From positions 51,894,001 to 51,958,000 of the forward strand of contig OX597821.1 of the NCBI GenBank assembly GCA_951406725.2: a stretch of DNA of 64,000 nt. The letters run 5' to 3'. A program made the position numbers and the translations under genes. Each line of letters opens with the position of its first letter. The first letter of the stretch is position 1. The notes beneath the pieces were generated by a model. That model had not been told where the DNA came from. It did no database searches and was given only the letters and a program-made list of their open reading frames with translations. The stretch is from Octopus vulgaris (Eukaryota). Shown here piece by piece: positions 1-12,707 of this stretch.

Positions 1-768
1 ACCTCTTCTGCACGAAAGCATTCACATCTCAAAGACCTTCGTTAAAACATCTCAACTCTTGTTCTTTTGACTTACATCAAACAATTTTAGCACAGTCTTC
101 CATTGAAAGGTCACTTCTCCTCCTATTCAGTTTCACATCAAACGTTTCAGGCACAATCCACCAAAGAAGCATCAAATTCCTCCTCCTCCTCCTCCTCCTC
201 TTCTTCTTCTTCTTCTTCTTCTTCCACCTCCTCCTTCTCCTCCTCCTCTTTTTCAACAAGGGGGTGGAGAAGGAGGACAGTTTATATTGGCCAATAGTTT
301 ATATTTACAAGTTACCTCCCACGCAGATCATTGCAAGTGTTCCTGTAGTCTGTAGACTTCCTCCCTTTACCCTTAATGTCTCAGCTGTTTTGCTACTGCC
401 CTGCCACCACCACCACCACCACTCTATGAAAGTATGACACCTCCATCTACATGACAGAATACTAAATTTAAAAATAGCAGAATAAGACAGAAATAGTGCA
501 GATATATATTTATAGCATTGCTAGAATATAAAGCACAGAATAACGGCAATAGTAGCAGCAGTAGCAACACAGTATAGGTATTGGAAAATCAGTTTGTAGA
601 GTATTATAATAAAGTGACCTTAATTGTTATATGGTTAGCAAAATGTCACGGTATACAGTGGTTGGCATCAGGTTTACAGAGTGTGTAGAAAGTACAAAAT
701 AGATTAGAAATGTAGATACAATGCATATTTATAGCATAAACAACCTAAATAATAATAATAATAATAAC

Positions 769-816
<48 letters not shown>

Positions 817-1100
817 CCATCATCATCATTTAGCGTCCGCTTTCCATGCTAGCATGGGTTGGACGGTTTAACTGGGGTCTGGGAAGCCAGAAGACTGCAC
901 CAGGCCCAGTCTGATCTGGCAATGTTTCTATGGCTGGATGCCCTTCCTAATGCCAACCACTCCGTGAGTGTAGTGGGTGCTTTTTACATGCCAGACGGGG
1001 CTGGCAAACAGCCACGGTCGGATGGTGCTTTTTACGTGCCACTGGCACGGGGGCCAGGCGAGGCTGGCAACGGCCACGATCGGATGGTGCCGGTGGCACG
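817..1100 (-). mobile_element. RTE-type LINE 3' end fragment with (GAT)n tail
   Basis: Reverse complement of the terminus at 24500-24670 (AGGAAGGGCATCCAGC...GGAAAGCGGACG..(GAT)n). Also includes a copy of the ~59 bp subunit. Confidence 0.75.
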
Positions 1101-1105
1101 TAATA

Positions 1106-1136
<31 letters not shown>

Positions 1137-1140
1137 CGAC

Positions 1141-2171
1141 CTCAAATTTTGGTACAAGGCCAGTTATTTCAGGGGAGTGGGTAAATCGATTCCATCATCT
1201 CCACTACTCAACTGGCACTTATTTTATCGACCCCAGAAGGACAGAAGGCAAAATCAACCTCAGTGGATTTTGAACTCAGGACATGTAGATGGACGAAATG
1301 CCGCTAAGCATTTTGCCCAGCATGGTAATGATTCTGCTAAATCACTGCCGTAATAATAATAATAATAATAATTATAATAATAATAATCATCATCATCTTT
1401 TAACGTCCGCTTTCTATGCTAGCATGGGTTGGACAATAATAATAATAATCTTTTCTACTCTAGCCACAAGGCCCAAAATTTTGGAAGATGGGATCAGACG
1501 ATTAGACTGACCCCAGTACGCAACTGGTACTTAATTTATTGACCCAAAAAGAATGAAAGGCAAAGCTGACCGTGGCAGAATTTGAACTCAGAACGTAAAG
1601 ACAGATGAAATATCGCTAAGCATTTCGCCCAGCATGCTAATGTTTCTGCCAGCTTGCCACCTTATTAATAACGATGATATTAATAATCTTTTCTACTCTA
1701 GGCACAAGGCCCGAAATTTTTGGCAAGTTAGGGCCAGGCTATTAGATCAACCTCAGTACATAGCTGGTACTTAATTTATCGATTCCAAAAGGATGAAAGG
1801 CAAAGTTGACCTGGGCGGAATTTGAGCTCGGAACACAAAGAGAGATTCTGCCAGCTCACTGCCTTATTGATGATAATGATGATGATGATGATGATGATGG
1901 TGGTGGTGTTGGTGGTGATGATGATGATGAGGAGGAGGAGGAGGAGGATTTCAAATTTTGGTGCATGGCCAACAATTTCGGTGGTTGGGGAGGGCAAGTC
2001 AACTACACTGACCCCAGTACTTGACTGGTGTTTATTTTATGACCCTGAAAGGATGAAAGGCAAAGTCAACCTTGGATGAAATGCCGTTAAACATTTCACC
2101 TGGCATGCTCACAATTCTGCCAGCTTGCTGCCTGAATAATAATAGTAATAATAATAATAATAATAATAATG

Positions 2172-2207
<36 letters not shown>

Positions 2208-2805
2208 GTAACAATCCTTTCTACTATAAGCACGAGGCCTGAAACTTTGGGGGAGGAGACTGGTCGATTACATCTACCCCAGTGCCTAATTGGTACTTAA
2301 TTTATCAATCCTGAATGGATGAAATGCAACGTCAACCTTGGCAGAATTTGAGCTCTGAATTTGAAGACAGACGAAATGCCGCTAAGCATTTTGCCCAGCA
2401 TGCTAATGATTCTGCCAGCTCACCACCTTAATAATAATAATGATCTTTTCTACTATAGGCACAAGGCCAGAGTTTTTTTTCGAGGAAGGGATGGTTGATT
2501 GCATCAACCCCAGTGCTTGACTGGTACTCTTTTCATCAACCTCGAAAGAATGAAAGGCCAAGTTGACCTTGGCAGAATTTGAACTCAGAACATAAAAACA
2601 GACAAAATACCGCTAAGCATTGTGCGAAATGCATAACGGTATTTCATCTGCTGTTATGTTCTGATGTTTAAATTCCGCCGAGGTCGACTATGCCTTTCAT
2701 CCTTTTGGGATTAATAAATTAAGTATCAGTTAAGCACTGAGGTCAATGTAATCAACTAGTCCCCTCTCAGTAAATTTCAGGCCTTGTGCCTTCAACAGAA
2801 ATCAC

Positions 2806-2850
<45 letters not shown>

Positions 2851-3045
2851 GGCAGTGAGCTGGTAGAATTGTTAGCATGATGGACAAAGTGCTTAGTAGT
2901 ATTTGGCCCAGTGCTATGTTCTGAGTTCAAATTCTGCCAAGGTTGACTTTGCCATTCATCTTTTTGAGACCTGGGCATGGTGTAATTGATTTAATCCACC
3001 CACCGCAAAAAAAATTTCAGGCCTTGTGCCTATAGTAGAAAGGTT
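1141..3045. mobile_element. Array of about 8 SINE copies ('family B') separated by (AAT)n
   Basis: ~210 bp unit with A-box GAGCTGGCAGAA, B-box GAGTTCAAATTC and core GTCGACTTTGCCTTTCATCCTTT..AAGTACCAG. Minus copies at about 1141, 1449, 1688, 1949, 2215, 2443; plus copies at about 2630, 2849. Confidence 0.85.
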
Positions 3046-3061
3046 TGTCATTATTATTATT

Positions 3062-3603
3062 TAGTGAGAGAGCAACTCATACCATCAAAGTAACACTGGG
3101 GTACAAATATACAAAACCCAATATATCCATCATGACTACCCGTCTGATAAGGGTACACTAGGCACATGCATCACAGCCATATGTGTACAACATGGTGATC
3201 TCATATCAAGATAAACAGTGTATTACCTTTCAGGTCGAGCCCTCCTAGGATTTTCTTCTGGCCGAGTAGCCCATCCCACTTAGAAGTTTCCCTGAATAAA
3301 GGGTTTTTAAGAGTGTTGAAGGAAACACCCATGTTTCCGAGGTGACTTATTCAAACCCCAAAGAATTCCTCTCAACACATCGCTGTGATGCTCATCCACT
3401 ACTCTTGCTTGTGATCAAAGATGTACATATTGTCAGCCACCAAGGTTAAGGTAAAACAACTGACAAGCAAATCTGTGGTATTGAGCAGAATATTTGTTGT
3501 AGCCCATCTTTTATAAAATGACAAAATATGTACATAATAACACTTCCAATCAGTTAAGATAAGAAGCCATGAGAGCCACTGCCTGGTATTGCATTAAGAC
3601 ATT
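3062..3603 (-). mobile_element. ~550 bp interspersed non-coding repeat associated with (AAT)n
   Basis: Reverse complement of 62084-62639. Partial copies at about 17690-17855 and 53983-54208. Confidence 0.85.
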
Positions 3604-3950
3604 GTTGTCAATGTCAGCGGTGGAGGTGGCGTCTTCGTTGGCGGTAGCTTCGGCGTTGGCAGCGTCGGCATCGGCGTCAGCATCAGCATTGGCATCGTCA
3701 GCATCAGCATTGGCGTCATCAGTGTTATTGGCGGTGGCAACGGCAGCGGTGGCGACGGCGGCGGCGGCAGCATTGTTGGTGTCATCGGCGCCATTGGCGT
3801 CAGCATTGTGGGCGTTGGTGGTGGTGGTGGTGGAGGCAGCAGGGGCAGCGACAGTAGCGGTGTCATCAGAGGCGTCAGCAGTGTCGGCATTGGTGTCATT
3901 GGCGGTGGCGGCAGTGGCAGCAGCGTTGGCGTCATCATCATCATCATCAT
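3604..3950. repeat. Degenerate GC-rich trinucleotide tract (GCG/GCA/GTG/TCA)
   Basis: Low-complexity triplets between two repeats; the source of spurious ORFs on both strands. Confidence 0.85.
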
Positions 3951-3951
3951 C

Positions 3952-4425
3952 AAGGCAGCAACTGGCAGAATCATTTGCACACTGTGCAAAATGCCTCATT
4001 TGTCTTTACATTCTTAGTTCAAATTGTACAAAGTTCAACTTTGCCTTTCATCCTTTCAAGGTCAATAAAATAAGTACCAGTTGAGCACTTAGGTTGATTT
4101 AATCAGCTTGTCCCCTCCCTGCAAAACCGCTGGCCTTGTGCCAAAATTTGAAACTAAGCATTTTGTCTGGTGTGATAACAATCCAGCCAGCTTGCCACAT
4201 TAACATTTATAATAATAATGATTTCAAATTTCGGCATAGGGCCAGCAATTTCAGAAGTGGGGCTAAGTTGATTAAATCAGCCTCCAGTGTTCAACTGGTA
4301 CTTACTTTAGTGACCCCAAAAGGATGAAAGGCAAAGTCAACCCCAGCAGCATTTGAACTCAGAATGTAAAGAAGGATGAAATACCATTAAGTATTTTGCC
4401 TGACATGCTGTGGATTATGCCAGCT
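3952..4425. mobile_element. Two family-B SINE copies in opposite orientation
   Basis: Plus copy at about 3952-4155 and minus copy at about 4221-4425, same diagnostic core. Confidence 0.8.
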
Positions 4426-5199
4426 TTCTGGCAACAGAATATTTACATCCTTTCTCTGCAAAACACAATAAATTAAAGTTTTATTGTGTTTGTGTCTTTG
4501 TTTTTATTTATGTATTTTTTCTTTTCAATTAAAGAGTTATTTAAGTAGTTTCACAAAAAATTTTACAATAGTTTGATGTGACTAATATTAAATAAAATGT
4601 ATTGCTTTTCAGTAATGAAAGTGAATAGAATGAAATATTAATGAGAAAAACGAAATAAATTGATGAAATATCTGCTTAAATTAGTTATAATGAAATGGAA
4701 TAAGTAAACAATCAACTTGTTAGATCATTATCATTAACATCGTCACCATCATTATCATCACCAATGTCATAATTATAAGCATCACCATCATCATCAACAT
4801 CATCATCTCTATTACCATCACCACCACCAACAACCACAGCAACAACAATAACAAGAGTAGTAGCAGTAGCAACACCAACACCACCACCATCACCACCATC
4901 ACAAACCATTAATGTCTGCTATTACCATAAACCACCAACAGAAACAGACTCTAATTTCTTTTTTTTTTTTCGTTCCCTAACAAGGATTTTGATGTATTTT
5001 TTTCCAAATGGCAATATTTTGATAGAATTCCAAGCAGCTTTTCATTGATTTTTTCATAAATCAGTTATAGCAGAAGGAATGAATGGTGTCCATGACTTTT
5101 ACTGACCCTACCACGCTGGTGATATTAGTGTAGTTAATGTTCAACTTAAACATGGATATAGGTTCACCATTCTCCAAGAAATGAACAACTGGTCTATGA

Positions 5200-5665
5200 T
5201 ATACCACATTTGTAGGTTAATCCTCTCTCTTGCAGTCTCCGGTGAAACTGATGTAGTTTGTACAATATCTGTAGGTTAACATCCTCTTTTACATTGGTAA
5301 CAATATCTGTAGGTTAACCTTCTATCTTACCCTTGTAATACTGATGTCATGGGTAAGGTATCTGTAAGCTAACCCACTCTCTTTTACACTGGCGAGTCTG
5401 AGGTCCGTACCAAATCTGTAGATTAACCTCTCTCTGACAGGAGACACTGATGAAGCCTGTACCACATCTGTAGGTTAACTTTCTCTTTCACATTAGTGAC
5501 ACTGATGTAGTGTATGATACATCTTTAAGTTAATCTTCAGTCTTATTCTAGTGAGACTGTTGTAGTGTGTACCATGTCTATATGTTAACCCTCTCTGTCT
5601 TTCACACTGGTGAGTTTGATGTAGTCAATACCAAATCTGTAGGTTAACATTCTCTCTCATACTGG
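5200..5665. repeat. Minisatellite, ~52-56 bp unit, about 9 diverged copies
   Basis: Recurrent ATCTGTAGGTTAAC(C)TCTCTCT..CACTGGTGA.ACTGATGTAG. Confidence 0.85.
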
Positions 5666-5850
5666 TGGGATTGTTCTTTATGTTGCCTGTCTCGTTTCTC
5701 TATTTGTTTCTTTCGTTGTCCGAAAAAAAGTTTGTTTTAAATGTTTTTGTGTTTTTATGTTCTCGTTTTTCATTTTGTTCCTGTGTTTTTGACATCTGGT
5801 ACCCATATATGCATGTATACATACATACATACATATATATATATATATAT

Positions 5851-6148
5851 CACGTGACCGCCCAGACCATCAGATGTTGTTACACATCGCTGGTCACAAT
5901 GCGTTCGCATTGTTTTAGCTTTCGAATGACGCCACCCCGCTGGCTAAGCGAGCAGGCCAATAGAAGAAAGAGTGGGAGAAAGAGTGGTGAAAGAGTACAG
6001 CAGGGATCACCACCCCCTGCTGGAGCCTCGTGGAGCTTTTAAGTGTTTTCGCTCAATAAACACTCACAACACCTGGTCTGGGAATCGAAACCACGATCCT
6101 ATGACCCCGAGTCCACTGCCCTAACCACTGGGCCATTGCGCCTCCACA
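5851..6148 (-). mobile_element. tRNA-derived SINE ('family C'), near full length
   Basis: Minus strand starts GTGGAGGCGCAATGGCCCAGTGGTTAGGGC (A-box) ... GGTTTCGATTCCC (B-box). Flanked by (TA)n; homologous to 30509-30685. Confidence 0.85.
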
Positions 6149-6499
6149 CATATATATATATAGTGGTATGTGAGGGTGTTTGTGTCCCCTTTTTTGTCAC
6201 CATAATACAAATAGTGCCCCTTGCATCTAGCCTTCTGAGAAAACATAATTGATGAGGGAGCCATGTGAGTGTTGATGACTGCAAAAGGCATCTTGTACCC
6301 ACTTCCTCCCAAAATGGAATCTGCTTCAATGAATTCCTTCTGATCCTTGCAAGCTTTAGAAAACAGACATAATAATAACAACTATTTTATTTATCAATAA
6401 GTCCCGGGGTCGAGTTGCTCGATTAAAGGCGATGCTCCAGCATGGCCGCAGTCAAATGACTGAAACAAGTAAAAGAGTAAAAGAGTATATACACACACA

Positions 6500-6579
<80 letters not shown>

Positions 6580-7471
6580 AACACTCACACACACATATGA
6601 AAGAATGCTAAAAACAAGAAGAATGCAATTAGGAAGATTGCGATGACTTAGAAAACTAAGTTTGTTGTGATTTATTATAGAAAAAACCTCTTCACTTATT
6701 TTGCTTTTCTCCAGAGACTGACAGAATTGGAGATTAATAATATTTAAGGCTTGGACAGAGAAAAAAAGTCTTCAGAAATTCTCATAATAACTTCATTTTC
6801 TCTTAAACAATTGTAACAGAGACATAATACCTCTCTTGATATGGTAAATTATCTGAGAAGAAGAGAGAAAAATAAAATAGTGAAAAAAATATATTAGATG
6901 ACATTTTTTCTTTTTGTTTGATCAAATATTCTGTTTCAAGCTAACTATTCTATATAACATTCTAAAGACAGTTTAATTTCCTGTAAAGTTATTCTTCTGT
7001 TGTTTGTCAAAGAATTTTTCCAATCACATCTTGAATGCGTGAGCCACGGTGTGTGTGTGTGTGCATGTCTTCATGTGTGTTTGTGTATATAAAATAGTTG
7101 TGGCTATAACTGTTTGGTAAACAAGTTCACTCTGCAGTCATGTCGTTTAAAGTTCGCTCCCATTGCTTGACTTCTTGGTGTTTTCTACTACATTCTGAGT
7201 CTGACCAATGCCTTAAAAGTGAATTTGGCTGGCAGAAACTGGATGAAACCTGCCGTACGTGTGTGTGTGAGTGAATGTTGATATTTTTTTGTTGACATAA
7301 GACCAGTTGTTTTGCACTTTTGGAAATGTCTGGAATGTCTCTCCTATTATAGTCTTGGGCTGACCAAAGCCATGTGAGTGTATTTGGTAGATGGAAATTG
7401 GAAGAAGCCCATCACACACACACATTCATATATACACACACATATATATATACACACACACACATATATAT

Positions 7472-7515
<44 letters not shown>

Positions 7516-7518
<3 letters not shown>

Positions 7519-7691
7519 GTCTTTCTTTCTGTCGCTTAATTCTCTAACCCATCTTTTCCCAACTTCCACTCATAGAAACTTATGCACACGATCGCAAAGC
7601 ATTCCGTCTCAAATCCTGTCTTTCTTTCTGCCGCCTAAAAATCTCATCTTCTCCCATTGCGCGGTGTCGTTTTGTCCCTCTGTTATCACTA

Positions 7692-7736
<45 letters not shown>

Positions 7737-9055
7737 ATGTGGTGTCGGTTTCTCCCTCTGTTATCACTGTCTCTCTCTCTCTCTGTATATATATCTCGCC
7801 TTCACTCGCTTCCACAGGCTTAGCCAATACGCAGGATGAAAAATATCAGCTAAGTCCTGTTCCTTCTTTTCATTGTTTTTGCAAGTATCATCATCACCAT
7901 CAAGCCTTCTTATTATTATTGTTTCCCCATATATTGGCGTTATCGTTGTCTTTCGTCTCAAATGCTAGCTGAAGCATATAAACTTTCATTCACAAAAACT
8001 TCGCAAAAACATCTCGTCTCAAATTTGGTCTTTCTTTCTGTCGCTTAATTCTCTAACCCATCTTTTCCCAACTTCCACTCATAGAAACTTATGCACACGA
8101 TCGCAAAGCATTCCATCTCAAATCCTGTCTTTCTTTCTGCCGCCTAAAAATCTCATCTTCTCCCCCATTGCGCGGTGCGCCCGCCCTCCCACCCCCACCA
8201 CCAATACCACCCCCAATACCACCCCCACCACCAATACCACCCCCACCACCAATACCACCCCCACCACCAATACCACCCCCACCACCAATACCGGTGAACA
8301 CTGTTCTCACCATCTACACCGGATACTCCCTCCTCCTCCCCCACCACCCCTTCTCCTCATATGCTTTCACTGAGAAAAGACAAGCTGCTAGCGTCTCAGC
8401 TCATCAACCGCCCTCTGATCTTACGCTTCCTCCTGTTTTGAATCTGACACTGCCTCAATCCTACTATCTCCTTCCAGTCCCCTCCATGCCTCGTAATATC
8501 CTACGTTTTTATTTCTTACGAACCTGCACCAACCCTTCCTGCCATCGTTCCTCCTTACCCCCCCAACCTCCCCCACACCTACCCATATATATATATATAT
8601 ACACATCCTACGTTTATATTTCTTACGAACCTTCACCAACCCTTCCTGCCATCGTTCCTCCTTACCCCAACCTTCCCCACTGGTGCTCCCCTATATTACC
8701 CGCACCCCTTTACTATCCCTCCCTCTCTTTTCACTGGTGAAACCTTTCTCAGCTGAACCCCCCCCCAACTCAACTCTACCCCGCATCCCGTTGCCCCCGT
8801 GTCCCTGGCACGTTAAAAGCTCGAACCGATCGTGACCGATGCCGGACCCCCCGGCCCCTGTGCAGGTGGCACGTAAAAAGCACCCAATCCACTCACGGAG
8901 TGGTTGGCGTTAGGAAGGGCATCCAGCCGTAGAAACTCTGCCAGAATCAGACTGGAGCCTGGAGCGGCCCTTGGCTTCCCAGACCCCGGTCGAACCGTCC
9001 AACCCGTGCTAGCGCGGAAAACGGACGTTTAAACGATGATGATGATGATGATGAT
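7516..9055 (+). mobile_element. ~1.5 kb composite insertion ending in the RTE-type 3' tail, nested in the central microsatellite of a family-A SINE
   Basis: SINE-A 5' half at about 7345-7412 and 3' half at about 9060-9290. The insert ends GTTGGCGTTAGGAAGGGCATCC...CGGACGTTTAAAC(GAT)n and has internal duplications (about 7516-7665 vs 8024-8175; about 8497-8575 vs 8604-8680). Confidence 0.65.
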
Positions 9056-9324
9056 GTATGTGTGTGTTTGTGTCTGAGTTTGTCCCCGTCACCACTTGAC
9101 AACTGATGTTGTTGTGTTTACATCCCCATAACCTAGTGGTTCAGCAGAAGTGGCTGATAGAATGAGTATGAGGCTTCAAAAAATAAAAAAGCAAAGTACT
9201 AGGGTCAGTTAGTTCGAGTAAAAATCTTTGAAGGTAGTGCACCAGCATGGTTGGAGTCTAATGACTGAAACAAGTAAAAGATTAAAGATAAAAAGGTGTG
9301 TGTGTGTGTATGTGTGTGCGATGG

Positions 9325-9440
9325 TGTGGGTTCAGTCCCACTGTGTGGCACCTTGGGCAAGTGTCTTCTACTATAGCCTAGGGCCTACCAAAGCCTTGTG
9401 AGTGGATTTGGTAGATGGAAACTGAAAGAAGCCTGTCATA

Positions 9441-9479
<39 letters not shown>

Positions 9480-9480
9480 T

Positions 9481-9512
<32 letters not shown>

Positions 9513-9728
9513 CAAATGTTTGTGTGTCTGTGTTTGTCCCCTCTAACATTGTTTGACAACTGATGTTGGTGTGTTTACGTCCCCATAACTTAGCGGTTCG
9601 GCATAAGGGACCGATAGAATAAGTACTAGGCATGCAAAAATAAGTCCCGGGGTCGATTTGCTTGACTAAAGGCAGTGCTCCAGCATGGCTGCAGTCAACT
9701 GACTGAAACAAGTAAAAGAGTAAAAGAG
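9325..9728 (+). mobile_element. tRNA-derived SINE 'family A', 5' truncated
   Basis: B-box GGTTCAGTCCC, CCTTGGGCAAGTG, central (TA)n(TG)n, tail GACTGAAACAAGTAAAAGAGTAAAAGAG. Confidence 0.85.
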
Positions 9729-10296
9729 TTGTAAATAAATGTCACTGTTGTACAGCAGCGTCTTTCATTTCTAACCTTCCATGAAAACATGGGGAAATAT
9801 TACCTTCCTTGAAAGCAAGTGAAAGTCAACAACAGAAAGGCCATCTGGCTACAAGAAGTTCCATCCAGTTCATACGATCTTAGAAAAGTAGATGTTAAAA
9901 GGATGACAATGATGATGATGATGATGGTGATATTGATGGTGGTGGTGGTGGTGGTGGTGCCGAAGGTGATAATTGTGGTTGTGATGATGAATATGATGAT
10001 GATAATGATGATATATTTAAGATAAATTATTGATTTATTAAGTGTTTTGTTTCAATGTTTTGCTACACCATACAATATCAATGTAGATATTTTGCCAACA
10101 TTGCATATATAAACAGATGTTTATATATGTATTGACAAGATGTAAACATCTTGTGGATACACAACTTATTCTATTCATCAATACAAGCAATGAAACAATA
10201 CACTGTTAAAGCACCATTAATTTAATATTTGAAGTAGCTGCCAAGAATGCATTATACATATCTCTGTGTGTGTGCGTGCATGTGTGTGTATGTGTA

Positions 10297-10541
10297 TTCA
10301 ATAATGATTTAAAAGCAGTGTTAGTGCTGTAAGCATTATCAACCTCACATACTCAAGGCATGTGTTTTGTTTGTTCTCTGGTTCACTGTGGTACAGCGAA
10401 ATTAAATAGTTCGGATGTTTTAATGCCCATCATTATGAGCAAGTCAGGCAAGTAATCAGGCAAACAAACAAAACGCATGCCATGAGTATGTGTGTTTGAT
10501 AATGTTTACAACACTAGTGCTGCTTTTAATTTATTATTGAA
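10297..10541. repeat. Inverted repeat / MITE-like element with ~85 bp arms
   Basis: TTCAATAATGATTTAAAAGCAG...GTTTTGTTTG is reverse-complementary to CAAACAAAACGCATG...CTGCTTTTAATTTATTATTGAA. Confidence 0.85.
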
Positions 10542-10853
10542 GTTAATCTTTTGTGGGCATTGCCGTAGAATACCGGCAAATAGTTCCTACACTATATATA
10601 TATAATCATAGACTGGCAATTCAATTTGTCCCTGATTCAATTCAGGTACATGATGTTGATGAGCCATACAAAAAAAAAAAATGGCAAAATATCATTGTTC
10701 ATCACTCCTGAATTTAATTGGAGACAAGTTGTCTCACCTATCTATGACTTTCAGGTGTTTTAACACCCAGCATTATAAGGGAGTTGTCCCCCAAATGTTA
10801 CACCACAATGAAGTGGTAAACAAAAAAAAAAAAGATTGAGTATGGTATAGGTA

Positions 10854-11018
10854 GGTGCAAGAGTGGCTGTGTGGTAAGTAGCTTGCTTACCAACCACATG
10901 GTTCCAGGTTCAGTCCCACTGCGTGGCACCTTGGGCAAGTGACTTCTACTATAGCCTAGGGCCAACCAAAGCCTTGTGAGTGGATTTGGTAGACGGAAAC
11001 TGAAAGAAGCTTGTTGTA

Positions 11019-11083
<65 letters not shown>

Positions 11084-11288
11084 TTATGTTTGTGTGCCTG
11101 TGTTTGTCCCGCCCCCACCATCCCTTGACAACCGATGCTGGTGTGTTTACGTCCCCGTAACTTAGTGACCAATAGAATAAGTACTAGGCTTACAAGTCCT
11201 GGGGTTGATTTGCTTGACTAAAGGCGGTGCTCCAGCATAGCTGCAGTCAAATGACTGAAACAAGTAAATGAGAATGAGAATGAGAATG
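10854..11288 (+). mobile_element. SINE family A, full length
   Basis: A-box TGGCTGTGTGG, B-box GGTTCAGTCCC, central microsatellite, conserved 3' end. Confidence 0.88.
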
Positions 11289-11658
11289 TGCGGTCAATAA
11301 TACATATATGTGTTTAGTATGGGCAAAGCCTGATAAAGCACATGTAAAGGCTCCTAAGTTTCTTGTTGGCTATCACTTGTTGACAAATAATAAGTTAGAG
11401 AAATACAATTGACTATAAATGTATGTATGTATGTATGTATTATATGTGTATGTTTGTGTGTGTGTGTGTGTAAGTATGTATGTATGTATGTATGTGTGTG
11501 TGTATGTATAATAATAATAATAATAATAATAATAATGTGTACAGTGCTCAGGTGCACTACAACTCATCTAAAGTGTATATATAATCAGGTGTAGTTTCGG
11601 CGGATTTCGGAAAGCATGAGGGCCTTAAAGGATGCAGTATGTATGTATGTATGTGAGG

Positions 11659-11954
11659 TGCTACAGGTCTGACAGCTGTTTCTGGGGGCTCAGAGATCCA
11701 TCATAATGTTGGTAGCTGTATTTCACCTTAAATATGCAGCCAGTAATCAAAGCAAATAAGCATTTGATAAATTGAGCCTCCATCTTCAGGATACAAGCAA
11801 ATCTTACATTTCAGATCATAATGGAGAGAAGTTTAAACTTCTCTGCGTCATGATCTGAAATGTCAGATTACTAGCCGCATGTTTTGATGAACTACATCTA
11901 GCAACATCATGATGGATCTCTGAGCCCCCAGAAGCAGCTCTCAGACTTGTAGCA
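11659..11954. repeat. Fold-back (palindromic) element
   Basis: Outer arms at about 11659-11748 and 11866-11954; inner arms 11806-11863 centred on GTTTAAAC. The left arm carries a ~55 bp extra segment. Confidence 0.88.
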
Positions 11955-12332
11955 TGTTACCTGCTCCCCTTTAATTTTCTCTGTCATTTGTACTCTGTAT
12001 AAGTTTGATATATTAATATATAAATATCAATATATTTATACTTAAATATTTTGTTGTGTCCATGGAGAAACATTATGCCAATATTATCGTTATTAAATAG
12101 TCATTGTATGAATGTCTTCACTCTTTGTTTTCTTTCTTTTTGCATGTATATATACACACACACACACATATATATATATACATACAAGTAATTATTTGGA
12201 CTTTGGATATATGTATATTAGTATGTTGATCAAAGCACATTCACTATTAGGGCTACCTGATGTCATCTACTGTTAAGGTATAATTTTCACTGGATCAACG
12301 TCAGGAATTCTGCGGTGTTCATTTATATTATG

Positions 12333-12421
12333 ATTGATGAGGGAAACGGAAAATGGATTTGGTATGAATCTTTGTTCAACGAATGTTTCTACCATATCCA
12401 TTTTCTGCTTCCTTCATCAAT
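12333..12421 (+). other. Isolated 32-bp stem hairpin (pre-miRNA-like or tiny MITE)
   Basis: ATTGATGAGGGAAACGGAAAATGGATTTGGTA pairs with TACCATATCCATTTTCTGCTTCCTTCATCAAT, with 2 mismatches and 2 G-U pairs. Confidence 0.6.
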
Positions 12422-12424
12422 TAC

Positions 12425-12594
<170 letters not shown>

Positions 12595-12651
12595 ATATAT
12601 TGTATATAAATATAATCCAAACTATTATATTTAATTTGTTTATCCACATAA

Positions 12652-12707
<56 letters not shown>

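Noticed and set aside
1-440. Ser-rich and Lys/Arg-rich ORFs and a long open frame at the window start
   Set aside because: Driven by (TCC)n/(TTC)n/(CAC)n repeats. No similarity to the expected kinase-homology exon or any domain I recognise.
3550-4084. Ala/Asp- and Pro-rich ORFs of 130-170 aa
   Set aside because: Degenerate trinucleotide tract between two repeats, open in several frames.
5851-6148. tRNA gene (also 30509-30585 and 61936-62000)
   Set aside because: A and B boxes are present but there is no proper acceptor stem or terminator, and each continues into repeat body; these are SINE heads.
8168-8740. 190 aa proline-rich (formin-like) ORF
   Set aside because: Comes from an 18-bp tandem repeat and a C-rich duplication inside a nested insert; no supporting exon structure.
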